Position numbers and translations under genes: made by a program. Source: Ranitomeya imitator (taxonomy: Eukaryota). Taken from it: a stretch of 64,000 bases of DNA. The stretch is from assembly GCF_032444005.1 (NCBI RefSeq), contig NC_091284.1, positions 772,086,001 through 772,150,000 on the forward strand, written 5' to 3'. Positions within the stretch are counted from its first letter, which is position 1. Each line of letters starts with the position of its first letter. Positions 59,716-64,000 of the stretch are shown here, in pieces. The notes under the pieces are model-generated. The model was given only the letters and a program-made list of their open reading frames with translations. It did not search any database and was not told the DNA's origin.

Positions 59716-61460
59716 AAGTGAGACTGTGACTGTTACCTTCTACTTCCAGCTAGTCAGGGCTGCGACCACAAGACAGTGAATAGCGACTGGAGTAGTGCTG
59801 GAACCAGTAGAAGATGGCCACTGGTAAATATTTAGTTATGTGGGGAACATACATAATTCGATGGACATTGCAGACGTTCTATGAAACTCGGTCTGAGAAC
59901 GAAATGCAATGTGCAGTCTATCCGACTGAAACTCAAGTGGCAATCGGACTGCACTCAGATGTCATCCAAGTGCAGTCTGATAGTTTCCACGTATCCATTG
60001 ACTTGCATAGCCTAGGGTGGTCTGAATATCAGATCAAACTCAGACAAGCAGTGATTTTTTTTTTTAGACATTGGACATGTGCACTGCCCCGTAAAATAAC
60101 ATCAGTCTGGGTGTGAACAAACGTTTTGTCAGATCGCACTTGGACCGATTATACAGGCCTCTGCACCTGTCCTAAAATGTGAGAATACTTCTTTAATGCA
60201 ATTTGCTAATATTTTCACCTACAAAGCAAAGTGTGAGGGATGAGCATCTGCGGGGTCTTCCCACATGGGGGTCAGATGAAGTAATGACGACCTGAACCCA
60301 AATAACGACGGCTGGGTCAGCGCAGGTCGCAGTGAATAACGTACCCAAACAGAAACCATCCTTTACGCTGAGCCGTAGATTGGTCGGTTTCGGCTCTGAT
60401 GTGTGTTTTGGATGCTTGTTTTTTGCTGATTCCACTTTCCTGCCAAATAGTCGTTCTCTGGGGAAATAAAATACGTCTGCGATTTCTTCCAAGTCAGCTC
60501 TATTGAAAAAAAAAATGTATTACAATATTATGGTATGCATTAAGCGGTTTTCAACCTCAGGTGCTCCGTGTGTGAAAAGACGATGGGTGGGGATAAAGGA
60601 AGTAAGACCCAACAAAACAACCTAAAAACATCGAGTCATTTTACAGCATAGTATTCTGAGTGAGGTTGCAGACGGCGGCAGACAAGTATTTATTTTAAAA
60701 CGGCCATTAAAATTCTGCTAATCATAGGTTGTCTCACTGTAAAGAATATATCAGCCGTAATCTGCAGCAGAACTTGAAAGGAAGTGTCCAATATCCCTAC
60801 ATCGCCCCCGCAGGCGGAATTGGGTATTACACAGTGGGCAGTGATGTAAAGGTAATGTATGGATATTCTGATAGACTGTCCTTGTAGATATTCTCCACGC
60901 TGGCAGCCCCTGTTAGTAATTTAATATGTCCTTATAGGCTATTTGAAAATTACATTTTTTTTCTCGACGACCCTTTAAAATGACCACATTGCTGATACAT
61001 ATTATACACGGTCATTCTGAAAAATTCATCTGAAATCGAGAGTGTGATAAACCTTGGAGATAAGGAGACGTGAGACCGAATTTGTTCTCTCTCCACAGAG
61101 ATACAACATTGCTGTATGGCTTAGGTGGATGAGCCCCCCAGTCTCCCCACGAATAACCTATAAAGACTTTCATGCTCCAAGCACTAGATTTTAGTTCCGG
61201 TTTTAACCATCAATTAAATTAAATATATTACTCCAGTTAAAATCACTTTGAAAGAACTTTGGAATAAAAATCTGTATATTTTGAGAAATGCCCAGTGAGT
61301 TTTAAGAGACTGTATCCTCTCATTTCCTTACTATTGAGAAAGCTGCAATGAAACACACTTTTCTAGTTTCCATTTTTATGATCTTATTATTCTGATTTCT
61401 GAGCTGTGAATGTTACAGTCCATTGACATTAGAAACATTTTTTTTAAATGACGCTTATAG

Positions 61461-64000
61461 TTGTGGGTATGCTCTCTGATATGTGTGGAACTTACCCGTC
61501 CATTTTTGTGGGCATGCTCTATGACATGTGCATTGTTGTGGGCATGCTATATGATATATTCATTGTTGTCGGCATGCTCTGATATTCACAATGTTGTGGG
61601 CATGCTCTATGACATGTGCATTGTTGTGGGCATGCTCAATGATATTGACAATGTTGTGGGTATGCTCTATGACATGTGCATTGTAGTGAGCATGCTCTAT
61701 GACATGTGCATTGTTGTGGGCATGCTCTATGACATTTGTATTGTAGGCATGCTCTATGATATGTGTATTGTGTGCATGCTCTATGACGTACATTGTTGTG
61801 GGCATGCTCTATGATATGTGTATTGTTGTGGGCATGCTCTATGATATGTGTATTGTTGTGTGCATGCTCTATGACATGTGCATTGTTGTGGGCATGCTCT
61901 ATGACATGGGTATTATTTGTGGACATGCTCTATGATATGTGCATTCCTGTTGGCATACGTGCATTGCTGTGAGTGTGTGCTATGATATGCAATAATAATA
62001 ATTGTTATTTCCATAGCACCAACATATTCCACACCACTTTACAATTCAGAGGGGACATGCACAGACAGTAAAAACATTATCGAATAGCTCGTAATTCAAC
62101 GGACACTAACAGGAGTGAGGGCCGTGCTCGCAAGCTTACAATCTATGTGCATTGCTGTGAGCGTACTCTGTGATATATGCATTGTTGTGGGCATGCTCTG
62201 AGATATGTACATTATTGTCGGCATGCTCTGTGATCTGTGCATTGTTGTGGGCATGCTCTGTGATATGTGCATTGTTGTGGGCATGCTCTGTGATCTGTGC
62301 ATTGTTGTGGGCATGCTCTGTGATATGTGCATTGTTGTGGGCATGCTTTGTGATATGTGCATTGTTGTGGGCATGCTCTGTGCTGTGATATGTGCATTGT
62401 TGTGGGCATGCTCTGTGATGTGTGCATTGCTGTGGGCATGCTCTGTGATATGTGCATTGTTGTGGGCATGCTCTGTGATATGTGCATTGTTGTGGGCATG
62501 CTCTGTGATATGTGCATTGTTGTGGGCATGCTCTGTGATATGTGCATTGTTGTGGGCATGCTCTGTGATATGTGCATTGTTGTGGGCATGCTCTGTGATA
62601 TGTGCATTGTTGTGGGCATGCTCTGTGATATGTGCATTGCTGTGGGCATGCTCTGTGATATGTGCATTGTTGTGGGCATGCTCTGTGCTGTGATATGTGC
62701 ATTGTTGTGGGCATGCTCTGTGGTATGTGCATTGTTGTGGGCATGCTCTGTGATCTGTGCATTGCTGTGGGCATGCTCTGTGATATGTGTATTGTTGTGG
62801 GCATGCTCTGTGATAAGTGCACTGCTGTGGGCATGCTCTGTGACGTGTGCATTGCTGTGGGCATGCTCTGTGATAAGTGCATTGCTGTGGGCATGCTCTG
62901 TGATATGTGCATTGTTGTGGGCATGCTCTGTGATATGTGTATTGTTGTGGGCATGCTCTGTGATAAGTGCATTGCTGTGGGCATGCTCTGTGACGTGTGC
63001 ATTGCTGTGGGCATGCTCTGTGATAAGTGCATTGCTGTGGGCATGCTCTGTGGTGTGTGCATTGCTGTGGGCATGCTCTGTGATAAGTGCATTGCTGTGG
63101 GCATGCTCTGTGGTGTGTGCATTGCTGTGGGCATGCGCTGTGATAAGTGCATTGCTGTGGGCATGCTCTGTGGTGTGTGCATTGCTGTGGGCATGCTCTG
63201 TGATAAGTGCATTGCTGTGGGCATGCTCTGTGGTGTGTGCATTGCTGTGGGCATGCTCTGTGATAAGTGCATTGCTGTGGGCATGCTCTGTGGTGTGTGC
63301 ATTGCTGTGGGCATGCTCTGTGGTGTGTGCATTGCTGTGGGCATGCGCTGTGATAAGTGCATTGCTGTGGGCATGCTCTGTGGTGTGTGCATTGCTGTGG
63401 GCATGCTCTGTGGTGTGTGCATTGCTGTGGGCATGCGCTGTGATATGTGCATTGTTGTGGGCATGCTCTGTGCTGTGATATGTGCATTGTTGTGGGCATG
63501 CTCTGTGGTATGTGCATTGTTGTGGGCATGCTCTGTGATCTGTGCATTGCTGTGGGCATGCTCTGTGATATGTGTATTGTTGTGGGCATGCTCTGTGACG
63601 TGTGCATTGCTGTGGGCATGCTCTGTGATAAGTGCATTGCTGTGGGCATGCTCTATGATATGTGCATTGTTGTGGGCATGCTCTGTGATATGTGCATTGT
63701 TGTGGGCATGCTCTGTGATATGTGTATTGTTGTGGGCATGCTCTGTGATAAGTGCATTGCTGTGGGCATGCTCTGTGACGTGTGCATTGCTGTGGGCATG
63801 CTCTGTGATAAGTGCATTGCTGTGGGCATGCTCTGTGGTGTGTGCATTGCTGTGGGCATGCTCTGTGATAAGTGCATTGCTGTGGGCATGCTCTGTGGTG
63901 TGTGCATTGCTGTGGGCATGCTCTGTGATAAGTGCATTGCTGTGGGCATGCTCTGTGGTGTGTGCATTGCTGTGGGCATGCGCTGTGATGTGTGCTTTGC
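61461..64000. repeat. 30-bp minisatellite (tgtgggcatgctctgtgatatgtgcattgt), runs off the window end
   Basis: Tandem units; 35-bp variants with an extra tgctg. Confidence 0.98.
61992..62144 (-). mobile_element. L2 3' fragment inside the 30-bp array
   Basis: Minus strand tagattgtaagcttgcgagcacggccctc...gtaaagtggtgtggaatatgttggtgctatgg...(att)n. Confidence 0.75.

Noticed and set aside
60193-60492. 99-aa minus-strand ORF in a CpG-richer patch; considered as an alternative arhgap20 exon
   Set aside because: No similarity to any ARHGAP20 peptide I recall and no convincing splice pair on the plus strand.
61081-61130. Strong acceptor ttctctctccacAG as candidate arhgap20 exon 2
   Set aside because: No frame gives KMKTL/SAPSL-like sequence.
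61461-64000. Cys/His-rich ORFs resembling metallothionein or keratin-associated proteins
   Set aside because: Translation of the 30-bp minisatellite; open on both strands.

Overview
Vertebrate genomic DNA, most likely an anuran (frog). This is inferred from its repeat content: T2/Kolobok-, Harbinger- and hAT-type MITEs, DIRS, Penelope-like pieces, L1, L2, CR1 and Helitrons. The only host gene I can support is the first coding exon of an ARHGAP20 orthologue (+, 20213-20314, MEAMSPQQ...RSSSLTG...K|GT). It is preceded by two overlapping uORFs and followed by an intron that runs off the window (>43 kb); exon 2 was not found. Almost everything else is transposon or tandem repeat. There are two deep nests: hAT MITE > complete DIRS1-type element > L2 and Penelope-like inserts (6926-14434), and Tc1 > full-length L1 > Harbinger MITE and Penelope-like insert (50280-57919). 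There is also a truncated Ty3/gypsy element and two minus-strand non-autonomous Helitrons. One Helitron is chimeric and carries a DIRS gag fragment plus a 3.7 kb 27-bp array. Other features are three hammerhead-ribozyme-like motifs, a telomere-like array inside a piggyBac-like element, and large 35-, 27-, 30-, 46- and 20-bp minisatellites that produce all the giant ORFs in the ORF track. Coordinates were counted by hand and family names come from recalled motifs; no database search was run.
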